39,308 bases of DNA from IMG/VR virus record IMGVR_UViG_2703718775_000026; one strand, written 5' to 3'. The position numbers and the translations under genes are program-made. Under the pieces are notes generated by a model, which saw only the letters and a list, made by a program, of their open reading frames with translations, did not search any database and was not told the origin of the DNA. Every line of letters starts with the position of its first letter. The stretch's first letter is position 1. Below, in pieces: positions 25,417 to 35,135 of the stretch. The stretch is from a virus (taxonomy: Duplodnaviria; Heunggongvirae; Uroviricota; Caudoviricetes).

Positions 25417-27492
25417 ATGGCCCGAAATCTCAGAGCATCTCTGATAGTTGATTTGCTCGGCAATATCTCAGCCAAATCCCGCCAGTGGTCACAGGAGCTG
25501 GGGGCATTCTCACGCTCCGGCCAGGCGGGGCTGGGTGGCCTGGGAAATGCTGCCCGCCGTGCCGGGCAGGAAACAGATGTACTCGGAAGCAGGATGCAGC
25601 GCACGCTGGCCGGGGTGCGGGGCAGTATCCGCCATGTCACTTCTGATTTTGACCGTCTTCAGGGCAGTATTACCGGCACCATCGGGCGGATCAGCAATCT
25701 TTACGGAATGCTGGCCGGTGGTGCTGCTGTATATGGCTTTAACCGGGGATTTATTCGCCCGGCAGCGGAGATGGAAACCTATATGATTCGCCTGAACTCC
25801 CTTTACAAAGGGGATCGGGCGAAAACTGATGATGTCCGCAGGTGGGCAATACAGAATGCGAAGGAAACCACCTGGGGGCTGGCTGGCGTCATGCAGGAAT
25901 ATACGTCCAGTCTGGGCTTTGGTATGAGTGACAGGGAGGCCCGAAATTTTGTCACCATGCTTCAGGATCAGGGGGCCGTGGGCGGCTGGTCACTGTCCGA
26001 TGCACAGGGGGCATCCCTGCAACTGAAACAGATGTATGCAAGAGGCAGTATTCAGGCGGCGGATGCAAATATTCTTGCCACCTACGGCATTAATGCCTAC
26101 CGCGTGCTGGCTGATCGTCTGGGTGTGGACCAGAAAGTGGTCAGAAAACTTGGTGAAAAAGGGCTGCTTGGGCCGGACAGTATTCGCCTGTTATTTCAGA
26201 CGCTGGCGGAACAGGCCAGGGGAGCACAAAAGGACGCAATGAATTCCTGGAGTGGCCTGACGGCCATGATGGGTGACGTCTGGGACCAGTTTGCCCGGGA
26301 TGTGATGGACAGTGGGCCATTTGAAAAACTGAAGGGTAATCTCAGGGGATTTCTTTCATGGGTTGACAGTGCCAAATCTGATGGCAGTTACCATTCCCTG
26401 GCGGAAAGCACGGCATCAGCCATGAACCAGGGCTTTGAGTATGCCCGTGATGCAGTGACAGGGTTTTATCAGGCGATCAGAAAGGTACGCGACACGCTTC
26501 AGGCTCTGCGGGATGCGGGCTATGGTGATGCGCTGGATCGCATTGGTCAGGGGGCACAGACTGCCGCGAAATACCTGCTGTACATGTATCTCGCCACCCG
26601 TGCCCTGAAAATGGCGCGGGCTGTCGGAACGGGGATTATACGTCCGGGTGCTGCATTGCTGGGATACGGATTATCAGCGGCGGCCTTCCTGACTTCACCT
26701 TTCCGGCGCTCTCCTCCGGCCGGAACACCACCAGGCACATCTCAGGGACGAGGGCAACGTTTTATAAACTTTCTTACCGGGGTAAATCCGGCAGCCGTTC
26801 AGCCAGTACTTGTAACAAACTGGCCCACAGGAGGACTGTCCGGCACCGGCGCGACCGATACATCCTCAGGCGGACGTCAGGGGCGGGGCCGCAGGAAACG
26901 CGGACCGGGGCGCGGAAGACCGGTCACGCCTCCCCTGCCACCGTCCCCAGTGCCACCGTCTCCCTCTTCTGGTGGGGCAGGGTTCTGGGGGCGCATGATG
27001 GGGCGCGCCGGTGGGTTACTTTCGTCTGTCGGTAGCCGCATGGGGCTGGGGCGTTTCTCCGGCTTTTTCCGCAGTGCCGGTGGACTGGCCGGCCGGCTGG
27101 GTGGAGGTGCCCTGTGGGCTGGCGCGATGGCAGCCCCGGTTCTGCTGGATGGCAGCGCCAGTGCCACAGACAAGGGAGAAGCGGTCGGCTCTCTTGCAGG
27201 CAGTATTGCCGGTGGTGCGCTGGGGGCGGCAGCCGGACCTGTGGGGATTGCCATTGGTTCTACGGTGGGCAGCTATCTCGGTAACTATCTGGGGGGATGG
27301 CTGACTGAAGCCTGGCAGAAATTACGGGGCAGTGATGATGAAAGCAGTGGACAGGCGGTACAAAAAGCCTCTGCCCGTGTGGAGCTGGTTGCCCCGGAAG
27401 GGTGGCAGGCTCGCAGTATTGATATTGATGACACGTCCGGTCACGGACTGGATGTGAATGTCTGGAACGGAGGGAATTATGGCCTCTGGTGA
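25417..27492 (+). CDS. Tail tape measure protein
   Basis: 691 aa; position; Gly/Ala-rich hydrophobic tracts and a Pro/Arg/Gly low-complexity segment. Confidence 0.75.
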   Translation: MARNLRASLIVDLLGNISAKSRQWSQELGAFSRSGQAGLGGLGNAARRAGQETDVLGSRMQRTLAGVRGSIRHVTSDFDRLQGSITGTIGRISNLYGMLAGGAAVYGFNRGFIRPAAEMETYMIRLNSLYKGDRAKTDDVRRWAIQNAKETTWGLAGVMQEYTSSLGFGMSDREARNFVTMLQDQGAVGGWSLSDAQGASLQLKQMYARGSIQAADANILATYGINAYRVLADRLGVDQKVVRKLGEKGLLGPDSIRLLFQTLAEQARGAQKDAMNSWSGLTAMMGDVWDQFARDVMDSGPFEKLKGNLRGFLSWVDSAKSDGSYHSLAESTASAMNQGFEYARDAVTGFYQAIRKVRDTLQALRDAGYGDALDRIGQGAQTAAKYLLYMYLATRALKMARAVGTGIIRPGAALLGYGLSAAAFLTSPFRRSPPAGTPPGTSQGRGQRFINFLTGVNPAAVQPVLVTNWPTGGLSGTGATDTSSGGRQGRGRRKRGPGRGRPVTPPLPPSPVPPSPSSGGAGFWGRMMGRAGGLLSSVGSRMGLGRFSGFFRSAGGLAGRLGGGALWAGAMAAPVLLDGSASATDKGEAVGSLAGSIAGGALGAAAGPVGIAIGSTVGSYLGNYLGGWLTEAWQKLRGSDDESSGQAVQKASARVELVAPEGWQARSIDIDDTSGHGLDVNVWNGGNYGLW

Positions 27493-28828
27493 CGGTCGTG
27501 GTGCGTTCCGTGGTGTGCCGTTCCTCGTCTGGCGTGAGCAGCGCGAACGTGGCGGGCGAAACATTGTCCGTCGGGAATATCCGTTACGGGAAACCGGTGG
27601 TGCAGACGATCTGGGACCTAAACTGGCTGAATTTACGTTCAGTGTACTTGTGATGGGGGATGATGTTCAGACACAGCGAAATCGTCTGCGTGATGCCCTT
27701 CGTGCACCCGGTGCCGGGGAGCTGCTTCACCCGGATTACGGCACGTTAAATGTGCTGATAAACAGCTTTGAAAGTCGTTATAACGCTGCTGAACAGGGCG
27801 TGGTTGAGTTCACCATTAATGTCACGCCGGTAAGTGATGATACCGCACCTGCTGTCACACAGGACACGGCCGCCATTCTGGAGCAGAAGAGTACCACCGC
27901 GCTCGGGAAGGTTTTTGAAACCCTGGAAGCGGGCTGGACGGTGATTTCTGACGGAATGCACGATGTCCAGGCAATGACCGAAACCATCAGCGATAAGGTG
28001 TCCGCCCTGGAAAATGCCGTTTCCGGCATGGGGATTGTACAGGATATCAGTGCCTTTACTGCCACGTTCACGGCGCTGAAAGGGAATGCCACGGCATTAC
28101 TGACAGCACCTTCCCGCATGGCCTCATCTTTTGCGGGGCTTTTCAGTGCCCTGATCACCCTGCCATCGCTGCCGTCACTGTCTTCAGGAGGCCTGAATAC
28201 CCGGCCCGGTGGCAGTATCGGCCGGACGACATCCGCCGTCTCTCAGGGAATGCCGCAACTGTACAGGACATTATCTTCCCTGCGTTACGTGCTGGATGAG
28301 CAGGATAATCCGCAGACTCTCATCGGTCTGACACCGGCAGCACAAAAGAATATTCGTCTGATACGGGCGGTAATGCAGAGTGCTGCCGTGGTGGCCCAGG
28401 CACAGACCGTGGGAAAACTGCTGGATCAGGTTCTCAGTCAGGAAACCCTGCCGGACAGTGACGCAGCCCACCGTACCTGGCCTGTCTGGCTGGAAAGTTC
28501 AGTTGATCTTCAGCGCATTAACCGTGACTTAAGCGAAGCGCTCGAACGGCAGGTGATGACACTGTCCGGGCAGGGGTATACCGCCACGGCGCTGACGCTT
28601 CGTGATGCCAGACTGGCACTGACAGAGGATCTGAATACACGGGGAGTTCAGCTACCCGGTGCAACAGTAGTGACTGTACGTACCACCGAGCCTGCACTGG
28701 TGACCCTGTACCGTGCCACCGGGAACAGTACCGGCTGGCAACGTTTTGTGCGCCGTAACGGTATTGTTGATCCGCTGTTCATTCCCGGAGGCCATTCAGT
28801 GGAGGTGATTAGTGAGCAGCAGGGTTGA
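27479..28828 (+). CDS. Mu N-like (gp43, DNA circularization protein family) tail protein
   Basis: ATG at 27479 overlaps the tape-measure end; about 450 aa; position. Confidence 0.55.
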   Translation: MASGDGRGAFRGVPFLVWREQRERGGRNIVRREYPLRETGGADDLGPKLAEFTFSVLVMGDDVQTQRNRLRDALRAPGAGELLHPDYGTLNVLINSFESRYNAAEQGVVEFTINVTPVSDDTAPAVTQDTAAILEQKSTTALGKVFETLEAGWTVISDGMHDVQAMTETISDKVSALENAVSGMGIVQDISAFTATFTALKGNATALLTAPSRMASSFAGLFSALITLPSLPSLSSGGLNTRPGGSIGRTTSAVSQGMPQLYRTLSSLRYVLDEQDNPQTLIGLTPAAQKNIRLIRAVMQSAAVVAQAQTVGKLLDQVLSQETLPDSDAAHRTWPVWLESSVDLQRINRDLSEALERQVMTLSGQGYTATALTLRDARLALTEDLNTRGVQLPGATVVTVRTTEPALVTLYRATGNSTGWQRFVRRNGIVDPLFIPGGHSVEVISEQQG

Positions 28829-29936
28829 ACTGTATCTGGGCGGTGAGATTTTTTCCGGCTGGCTGACGGTGAGTGTTCGTCGCTCTCTTGAACATCTGGC
28901 GGGCTCCTTTGAACTGGGGGTAATGATGCCCGGTGTACGCCTTCCGTCATCCGTCCGTGCCGGTCAGTCTCTGGAATTGCGCATTGACGGTCAGCCTGTG
29001 ATCACTGGCTGGCTGGATCAGGTCCGGCAGCGCATCAGCGCCACGCGTTTTCAGATCACGCTCAGCGGACGGGATAAAACCGGTGACCTGGTGGACTGTT
29101 CAGCCATTCATCCGGGCAGCCAGTGGAGGAACCGCACGCTGGAGCACATTGCTTCAGATTTGTGTGCTCCGTTCGGGGTCACGGTGCGCTGGCAGGTAAA
29201 TGATGCAACGGCAGCCCGGCCCTTTTCCACCTTCACACTGGAAAACTCAGAAACCGTGGCAGATGCGCTGACACGGGCCGCGAGACACAGAGGCGTCCTG
29301 GTAACCAGTAATGCCGCCGGTGAACTGGTTTTCACTCAGGCCGGCAGTCAGCGTGGCGACACGCTGACGCTGGGCGAAAATCTGCTGGATTTGGATCACA
29401 ACGTGGATCACCGTCTGCGCCACAGTGAATACCGTGTACGGGGGCACGGGCGTGGTGGTGGTCATGCCGGGGATGCACTGACAGCCGGAACGCTGGCCGC
29501 ACCCGTTGGTACGGTGACAGACAGTGCCATCCACCGTTACAGACCGAAAATTGTGCTGGCGGATCATGCTGTTGATGCAGACGGTGCACGCCAGAGGGCT
29601 GTCCGGGAAATGCGCCGGGCGGTTGCCCGCTCTGTGCGCCTGACAGCCACCGTGCGGCACTGGTTTCGGGAGAACGGCCAGTTGTGGGATATCAACCTGC
29701 TGACGGCTGTCACGGCTCCCCGCACCGGAGTGGAAGAGCGTGATCTTCTTGTCTGTCAGGTGGAGTTTTCGCTGGATGCAAATCACGGCGAAACCACCCG
29801 TCTGATTCTGGCACCCCGTGACGGCTTTATTGTTCCGGCAGAGCCGGGAAACAGCGGAAGCGGAAATGCGGGTGACGTGGACGCCTTCGTGCGGGCACAG
29901 ATGAAAAAACAGGGGATTAAATTCAATGATGAATGA
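28812..29936 (+). CDS. Baseplate hub / tail protein (Mu P, P2 gpD-like)
   Basis: 374 aa; GTG start; position. Confidence 0.55.
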   Translation: MSSRVELYLGGEIFSGWLTVSVRRSLEHLAGSFELGVMMPGVRLPSSVRAGQSLELRIDGQPVITGWLDQVRQRISATRFQITLSGRDKTGDLVDCSAIHPGSQWRNRTLEHIASDLCAPFGVTVRWQVNDATAARPFSTFTLENSETVADALTRAARHRGVLVTSNAAGELVFTQAGSQRGDTLTLGENLLDLDHNVDHRLRHSEYRVRGHGRGGGHAGDALTAGTLAAPVGTVTDSAIHRYRPKIVLADHAVDADGARQRAVREMRRAVARSVRLTATVRHWFRENGQLWDINLLTAVTAPRTGVEERDLLVCQVEFSLDANHGETTRLILAPRDGFIVPAEPGNSGSGNAGDVDAFVRAQMKKQGIKFNDE

Positions 29937-30540
29937 CGAAGTCATCAGCCGCCTTCTGGCCCCCGTGATGCGGGGTGTTCGTCTGCTGTTCGGGCGTGGT
30001 GTACTGACCGGCACAACGGACACGATGAAAATCCAGAATGTGCAAATCACCGGTATGGATGGTGAAACCTTTGATGACGTTGAACGCCCCCAGCAGTACG
30101 GGCAAATCAGCGTCCCCCTGCCTGGTGCGGAAGTTTTTCTGGCCTGTGCTGGCGGACAACGGGATCAGGCCGTGGTGCTTGTGGTGGAAGACCGCCGCAG
30201 TCGCCCGACCGGACTTACCGCCGGAGATACCGGCGTGTATCACCATGAGGGGCACCGTATACGTCTGACAAAGAACGGCCGGATCATTGTGACCTGTAAG
30301 ACGCTGGAGATTTACGCCGATGAAGGTGTTCAGGTGGATACACCGGAGGCTCACTTTACCGGTAATGTCACAGTGGATAAGAACCTGCATGTCAAAGGCA
30401 ATGTGTCCATTGACGGCACCGGAAGATCACAGGGGACGTTCACGATGTCCGAAGCGGTTATTGCCGGGATCACCTATTCAGGTCATGTGCATCACGATAA
30501 CGGTGAAGGCAGCAAAACGGGAGGACCAGAGAATGGCTGA
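29926..30540 (+). CDS. Baseplate assembly protein V-like spike (Mu gp45-like)
   Basis: 204 aa; position. Confidence 0.55.
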   Translation: MMNDEVISRLLAPVMRGVRLLFGRGVLTGTTDTMKIQNVQITGMDGETFDDVERPQQYGQISVPLPGAEVFLACAGGQRDQAVVLVVEDRRSRPTGLTAGDTGVYHHEGHRIRLTKNGRIIVTCKTLEIYADEGVQVDTPEAHFTGNVTVDKNLHVKGNVSIDGTGRSQGTFTMSEAVIAGITYSGHVHHDNGEGSKTGGPENG

Positions 30541-30970
30541 TATTGCTGTCGTCTGGGATCAGGGTTGCGGTTCCCTGCAACTGAACGGCGCAGATCTTCT
30601 GACGGATAACAGCCTGCTGACTGCGGTCATTATTTCACTGTTTACGGACAGGCGGGCGCTGGATTCCGATGAAATCCCTGACGGCACCCGTGACCGTCGG
30701 GGATGGTGGGGAGACAGTTTCCGGGAGCGCCCCGTTGGCTCCCGTCTCTGGCTGTTAAGCCGTGAAAAGACGCTGTCCTCCGTGGTCAGCCGTGCACAGG
30801 CCTATGCTGATGAAGCGCTGGCGTGGCTGCATAAAAGCGGTGCTGCCACATCCGTGGTATGTCATGCCATGCGTGTGGGGCATGCTCGCCTTTCGCTTTC
30901 CGTGAAAATCACCCTGCCGGACGGAAGCAGACATCCGATGATTTTTTATGCTGATATGAAGGGGGAATGA
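30533..30970 (+). CDS. Baseplate protein (Mu gp46-like)
   Basis: ATG at 30533 (MADIAVVWDQ...) with GGAGGA RBS; the longer ORF from 30320 overlaps the preceding gene and is rejected. Confidence 0.55.
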   Translation: MADIAVVWDQGCGSLQLNGADLLTDNSLLTAVIISLFTDRRALDSDEIPDGTRDRRGWWGDSFRERPVGSRLWLLSREKTLSSVVSRAQAYADEALAWLHKSGAATSVVCHAMRVGHARLSLSVKITLPDGSRHPMIFYADMKGE

Positions 30971-32052
30971 TGCCTTATCAGCCCTTACCACTGGCGCAAC
31001 TGATCACACAGACACAACAGGATATCAGCCAGCGCCTGCCCGGTTCGCAGCCGGGCGTGAATGAAACCACCCTGAATGCCATTGCGTATGCACTGGCGGG
31101 TCTGTCAGCACAGGAGCATGAACATCTGGCCTGGATCTCCCGGCAGATAATTCCGACAGAAGCTGATGAAGCCGAACTCCTGAAACACTGCGCATTCTGG
31201 GGTGTCATCCGTAAACCGGCTTCCCGCGCTGACGGACCGGTACAACTGATGCTGACCACGGATGCAGGGATCACGGAAGGCGTACTCCTTCAGCGAAGCG
31301 ATGGTGTTGTGTACCGCATCACCGGCTCTGCGACCGGAAAAGCCGGAACACTGAATGTTAATGTGGAGGCGGAAAGTGCGGGGCGCGCTGGAAATACCCC
31401 GACCGGAACCCGCCTGTCCTTTATCACGCCACAGGCGGGCATCAACCAGACAGCCACGGTCACCGGCACGGGACTCACCGGTGGTGCGGATGTGGAAACG
31501 GTGCCGGAGTTGCTGTCCAGGCTGGTATTCCGGGTACAGAACCCGCCATCAGGGGGAACACAGTATGATTTTGAACGCTGGGCACGGGAAGTACCGGGCG
31601 TGACGCGGGCATGGTGTAAGCCTGAATGGCCTGAGGCGGGTAGTGTTGGTGTGACTTTTGTTCAGGATAATAACCCTGACATTTTCCCCGGAGAAGGTGA
31701 TGTGAAGCGGGTGGCGGATTATATCCGCAGTCATGATGATCCGGCGACGGGCCAGCCCGTTGGTCAGCCACTTGGGCCGACAATCAGCGTGTTTAAGCTG
31801 ACCAATAAGCCGGTGGCGTTTGAGATCAGGATTGTACCCAAAACGCCGGAAAATCAGGCTGCCGTAAAACAGGCATTAACGGACCTGCTTTATAACGAAT
31901 CGCGGCCGGGTGGACTTGTATTGCCTTCATCATTCTGGCGGGCTGTTGCAGGGGTGAAAGGACTGGAGGATTTTGAAGTTCGCAGCCCGCTGAAGTCCGT
32001 GATGGCCGGAGATACAGAGTTGCTGACCGTGGGGGAAATCACATGGCTGTAA
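30967..32052 (+). CDS. Baseplate J-like protein (Mu gp47-like)
   Basis: 361 aa; position. Confidence 0.6.
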   Translation: MMPYQPLPLAQLITQTQQDISQRLPGSQPGVNETTLNAIAYALAGLSAQEHEHLAWISRQIIPTEADEAELLKHCAFWGVIRKPASRADGPVQLMLTTDAGITEGVLLQRSDGVVYRITGSATGKAGTLNVNVEAESAGRAGNTPTGTRLSFITPQAGINQTATVTGTGLTGGADVETVPELLSRLVFRVQNPPSGGTQYDFERWAREVPGVTRAWCKPEWPEAGSVGVTFVQDNNPDIFPGEGDVKRVADYIRSHDDPATGQPVGQPLGPTISVFKLTNKPVAFEIRIVPKTPENQAAVKQALTDLLYNESRPGGLVLPSSFWRAVAGVKGLEDFEVRSPLKSVMAGDTELLTVGEITWL

Positions 32053-32603
32053 CCCTGACCCCGCATCAGCGTGCCCTGTTGCAGTTGCTGCCTGACGGGC
32101 TGGCATGGGATAAGCGGCCGTCATCCGTTCTTGCGGCTTTGTGCCTGGGCCTCAGTCATTCCACGGAGCGTGTTTCCTGGACCGGTAACCAGATGCTGGC
32201 AGAACGTTTTCCTGATTCATCCCGTCTGCTGCTGGAAGACTGGGAGCGTTATCTGGGGTTACCGGAATGTGATATGACCGGCGCAACAATTCAGGAGCGT
32301 CAGCGTTATGCCGGGAATAAATACCGGATGAAACCCTCTCTTAACCGTGAATTTTATATCCGGTTTGCGGCAGAGTTTGGTTATGAAATAGATATTCAGC
32401 CATCACCGGATTCACAGTGGGTCAGTATTGTCACGATTAACAGTGAAACCGGCTACCGGAATATGAATGTGCTGGATGATATTCTCACGCCGCTGCGTAT
32501 TTATGAAGGCGGTGCGCTGGAATGTATTCTGAACCGTTATAAGCCTGCATGGCAGACGTTTATTTACGTGTATGCAAACAGCCATGAAGAGGAGACTATT
32601 TAA
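32043..32603 (+). CDS. Tail protein (Mu gp48, P2 gpI-like)
   Basis: 186 aa; precedes the tail fibre gene. Confidence 0.55.
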   Translation: MAVTLTPHQRALLQLLPDGLAWDKRPSSVLAALCLGLSHSTERVSWTGNQMLAERFPDSSRLLLEDWERYLGLPECDMTGATIQERQRYAGNKYRMKPSLNREFYIRFAAEFGYEIDIQPSPDSQWVSIVTINSETGYRNMNVLDDILTPLRIYEGGALECILNRYKPAWQTFIYVYANSHEEETI

Positions 32604-33514
32604 TGTTTCATGTTGATAATAATTCCGGCGTGGCGAATATGCCTGCGCTGGCACCGGCGCAGAGTAATACCACCACCTGGTTTACCGAAGGTGACGGACA
32701 AAAAGGTATCAGCTGGATTGGTCAGGACTGGCTGAATATTCTCCAGGCCGAACTGCTGAATATTCTGGCTGAAGCCAGTATTCAGCCGGATAAGGCGCAG
32801 TTAAACCAGCTTACGCTGTCCATTAAAGCCATTATCGCTGCGAATGCCTTTTCCCGGAAAAACAACCTGAAAGAAATTGCTGATGCCGGTGCGGAAGCCC
32901 AGCGTCTTGCCCGTGGTTATCTTGGTCTTGGGGCGCTTGCCACAAAAAACAGTCTTGGTCCCGGTGACGTTAATGCTCTGGCGAAGGATCAGAACCTTGC
33001 CGACCTGGAGAATGCGGGAACCGCCCGTAATAATCTGGATGTTTACAGCAAAAGCGAAGGTGATAACCGTTACCTGCGCAGGGAGCAGAACGGCGCAGAC
33101 ATTCCGGATAAAGGCGCTTTTATCGATAACGTCGGTTTACGGGAAACGGTAAATAAGGCTGCTGATGCCCTGCCATCGGGTGGAACCGCCGTGGCAGCAA
33201 ACAGACTCGCCACCCCAAGAAATATTAATGGCGTTCCTTTTGACGGAACGCAGGATATCAACATCACGTCAGGAATGACGCAGTCAACCGCAGATGGCCG
33301 GTATGTACAGAATGTTCAGCTTGGAGCACAGAGCTATCATTCACCCGGAGGCAATGAAATATCATGGAATTACAGCGCACCTTCCGGTTGTATGCTTTCC
33401 GGTATTAACGTGCAGGAAACCGGCTCCCGGTCTGCGGACAATATCGGTGGGGTCTATTATCGCCCGGTTCAGATTTATATTAATAATGCCTGGAGAACGG
33501 TAAGTTCAGTGTAA
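32603..33514 (+). CDS. Tail fibre protein S (constant part plus currently expressed variable C-terminus Sv)
   Basis: 303 aa; the gix-like site lies inside the gene at about 33120-33145; the C-terminal third is homologous to the inverted S'v cassette. Confidence 0.7.
   Translation: MFHVDNNSGVANMPALAPAQSNTTTWFTEGDGQKGISWIGQDWLNILQAELLNILAEASIQPDKAQLNQLTLSIKAIIAANAFSRKNNLKEIADAGAEAQRLARGYLGLGALATKNSLGPGDVNALAKDQNLADLENAGTARNNLDVYSKSEGDNRYLRREQNGADIPDKGAFIDNVGLRETVNKAADALPSGGTAVAANRLATPRNINGVPFDGTQDINITSGMTQSTADGRYVQNVQLGAQSYHSPGGNEISWNYSAPSGCMLSGINVQETGSRSADNIGGVYYRPVQIYINNAWRTVSSV
33120..33145. other. gix-like recombination site (left), inside S
   Basis: Contains TCGGTTTACGGGA, the reverse complement of TCCCGTAAACCGA in the right site. 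Confidence 0.6.
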
Positions 33515-33521
33515 ACCACAG

Positions 33522-33540
33522 AAAAGGGTGCTGAATGCAC
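33522..33540. terminator. Hairpin between convergent S and U' (terminator-like on the minus strand)
   Basis: AGGGTGC-TGAA-TGCACCCT; on the minus strand it is followed by TTTTCTGTGGTTT. Confidence 0.45.
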
Positions 33541-33548
33541 CCTCTGAA

Positions 33549-34070
33549 TTATTCCGGTTTTTCCGGCCAGGGAATCGCCTGGTAATGCCCCTCACTGGCA
33601 ATATCATTAAAGTGCATTTCTTTAAGCTGTCGGATATACGCCATCCAGCGCGTCAGCTGTAATTTATTTTCATCGCTAATCATGTCCAGTTTTAATTCTG
33701 TTTTCCAGTCATCCACGGTTTCGTTGGCTTCCTGGAGCAGCGATGAGCGACGCTTTTCAGCAACCGTCTTCCAGTTTACCGGCACCTTTGATATCAGGCC
33801 ATCAGAACACTGCCAGTTACCGTCAATATTCACACCTTCCGGCAGTTCGTCCACTTCAACAACAGTAAAACCTGCCGGATATAAAGCAGAGACATCTTCA
33901 GCAACAGAGCAGATAATACCCGTTACAGGCGAAATACAGAGTTTGTATTTCTTTGTGAAAAGCGGGATAGATTCATAAAAATCCCTTCCGTCCTCACTCT
34001 GGAAATACTGAACATCCTCACCATAGGGTTTGTGTTCCGGGTAATATCGTTTTACGTTAATAAGCTCCAT
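33549..34070 (-). CDS. Tail fibre assembly protein (U'-like), currently antisense to S
   Basis: ATG (MELINVKRYYPE...) with AAGGTGA RBS inside minus ORF 33549-34181; about 173 aa, typical Tfa size and composition; inside the invertible segment. Confidence 0.65.
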   Translation of the reverse strand: MELINVKRYYPEHKPYGEDVQYFQSEDGRDFYESIPLFTKKYKLCISPVTGIICSVAEDVSALYPAGFTVVEVDELPEGVNIDGNWQCSDGLISKVPVNWKTVAEKRRSSLLQEANETVDDWKTELKLDMISDENKLQLTRWMAYIRQLKEMHFNDIASEGHYQAIPWPEKPE

Positions 34071-34149
34071 TATTTCACCTTGTTTTTGTTGAAAAGACAA
34101 AATCATCATATATTTATTCAGATAATCTGTTTTTTGAACTACTGCACTT

Positions 34150-34495
34150 TTATGCGCTGGAAGCTGTTTTCCACGAACCATCTATCAGAAACTGAACAGG
34201 TCGATAATATGCGGTTACCGTTGCATTACCATCACCAGCGACATCAAGCCCTGTAAGTACGCATCCGTCAGGAACTTCAAAAATATTATATTGCATTCCA
34301 ATCGTTGACCTTGAACCTCTTCGAATGCTTTGAACATAACGTGAGTCAGCCACAGACTGCGTCATCCCCGATGTAATATTTATATCCTGCGTTCCGTCAA
34401 ATGGGACACCATTAATATTTCTTGGAGTGGCGAGTTTATTCGCTGCAACAGCCGTTCCGTTCGATGGCAGGGCATTCGCGGCCCTGTTTACAGTA
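34150..34495 (-). other. S'v: alternative tail-fibre C-terminal cassette (silent in this orientation)
   Basis: Minus-strand reading from the right gix site gives ...VGLRDTVNRAANALPSNGTAVAANKLATPRNINGVPFDGTQDINITSGMTQSVADSRYVQS..., in frame with and homologous to Sv. Confidence 0.6.
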
Positions 34496-34520
34496 TCCCG
34501 TAAACCGAGGTTTCAGGGAT
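34494..34520. other. gix-like recombination site (right)
   Basis: Near-palindrome ATCCCGTAAACC-GA-GGTTTCAGGGAT, resembling the gix/hix invertase site family. Confidence 0.6.
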
Positions 34521-34574
34521 GCCGTATATCTGCTTTAAAAGGCCTTTCCACCTCTTTTTAAGGAAGGTAAATAC

Positions 34575-35135
34575 ATGCTGATTGGCTATATACGCGTATC
34601 AACAAATGACCAGAACACCGGTTTACAAAGAAATGCGCTGGAATGTGCAGGATGTGAGCAGATTTTTGAAGACAAAATGAGTGGTAAAACGACACAGCGG
34701 CCGGGACTGAAGCGGGCACTGAAGAAACTAAAACCCGGTGACACACTGATGGTCTGGAAACTGGACAGGCTGGGGCGCAGTATGCGCCACCTTGTTGCGC
34801 TGACAGATGAATTACAGCAACAGGGGATAAATTTTCGTAGTCTTACTGACAACATTGATACGTCAACCCCCATGGGGCGCTTCTTTTTTCACATAATGGG
34901 TGCGCTGGCAGAAATGGAGCGTGAATTAATTGTCGAACGGACACGGGCTGGTCTTGCAGCTGCCCGTGAAAGGGGACGAACCGGCGGCAGACCCCGTCGT
35001 CTCACGCAGGAACAATACGAGCAGGTCGGGCGTTTACTGGCCGGGGGTGTCAGTCGAAGACAGGTGGCACTTATTTTTGATATCGGCCTTTCAACCCTTT
35101 ATCGTTATTATCCTGCGAGCGTTTCGGAAAAATAA
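34575..35135 (+). CDS. gin: Gin/Pin/Hin-family serine DNA invertase
   Basis: 186 aa; MLIGYIRVSTNDQNTGLQRNALECAGCEQIFEDK... is nearly identical in pattern to Mu Gin; catalytic-Ser motif RVSTNDQ; C-terminal HTH. Confidence 0.9.
   Translation: MLIGYIRVSTNDQNTGLQRNALECAGCEQIFEDKMSGKTTQRPGLKRALKKLKPGDTLMVWKLDRLGRSMRHLVALTDELQQQGINFRSLTDNIDTSTPMGRFFFHIMGALAEMERELIVERTRAGLAAARERGRTGGRPRRLTQEQYEQVGRLLAGGVSRRQVALIFDIGLSTLYRYYPASVSEK

Larger units (their letters stand above)
33132..34508. other. Gin-invertible G-like segment (about 1.38 kb)
   Basis: Bounded by inverted gix-like sites; contains Sv (plus strand) and U' plus S'v (minus strand); the serine invertase gene gin lies immediately downstream. 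Confidence 0.65.

Noticed and set aside
29247-30050. 267-aa minus-strand ORF antisense to the baseplate genes
   Set aside because: Same reasoning: antisense to conserved late genes, with an Arg/Cys-rich, compositionally biased translation.
30320-30970. Long version (216 aa) of the gp46-like ORF starting at 30320
   Set aside because: The upstream 71 codons overlap the preceding baseplate gene out of frame; the ATG at 30533 with a GGAGGA RBS gives the expected gene size.
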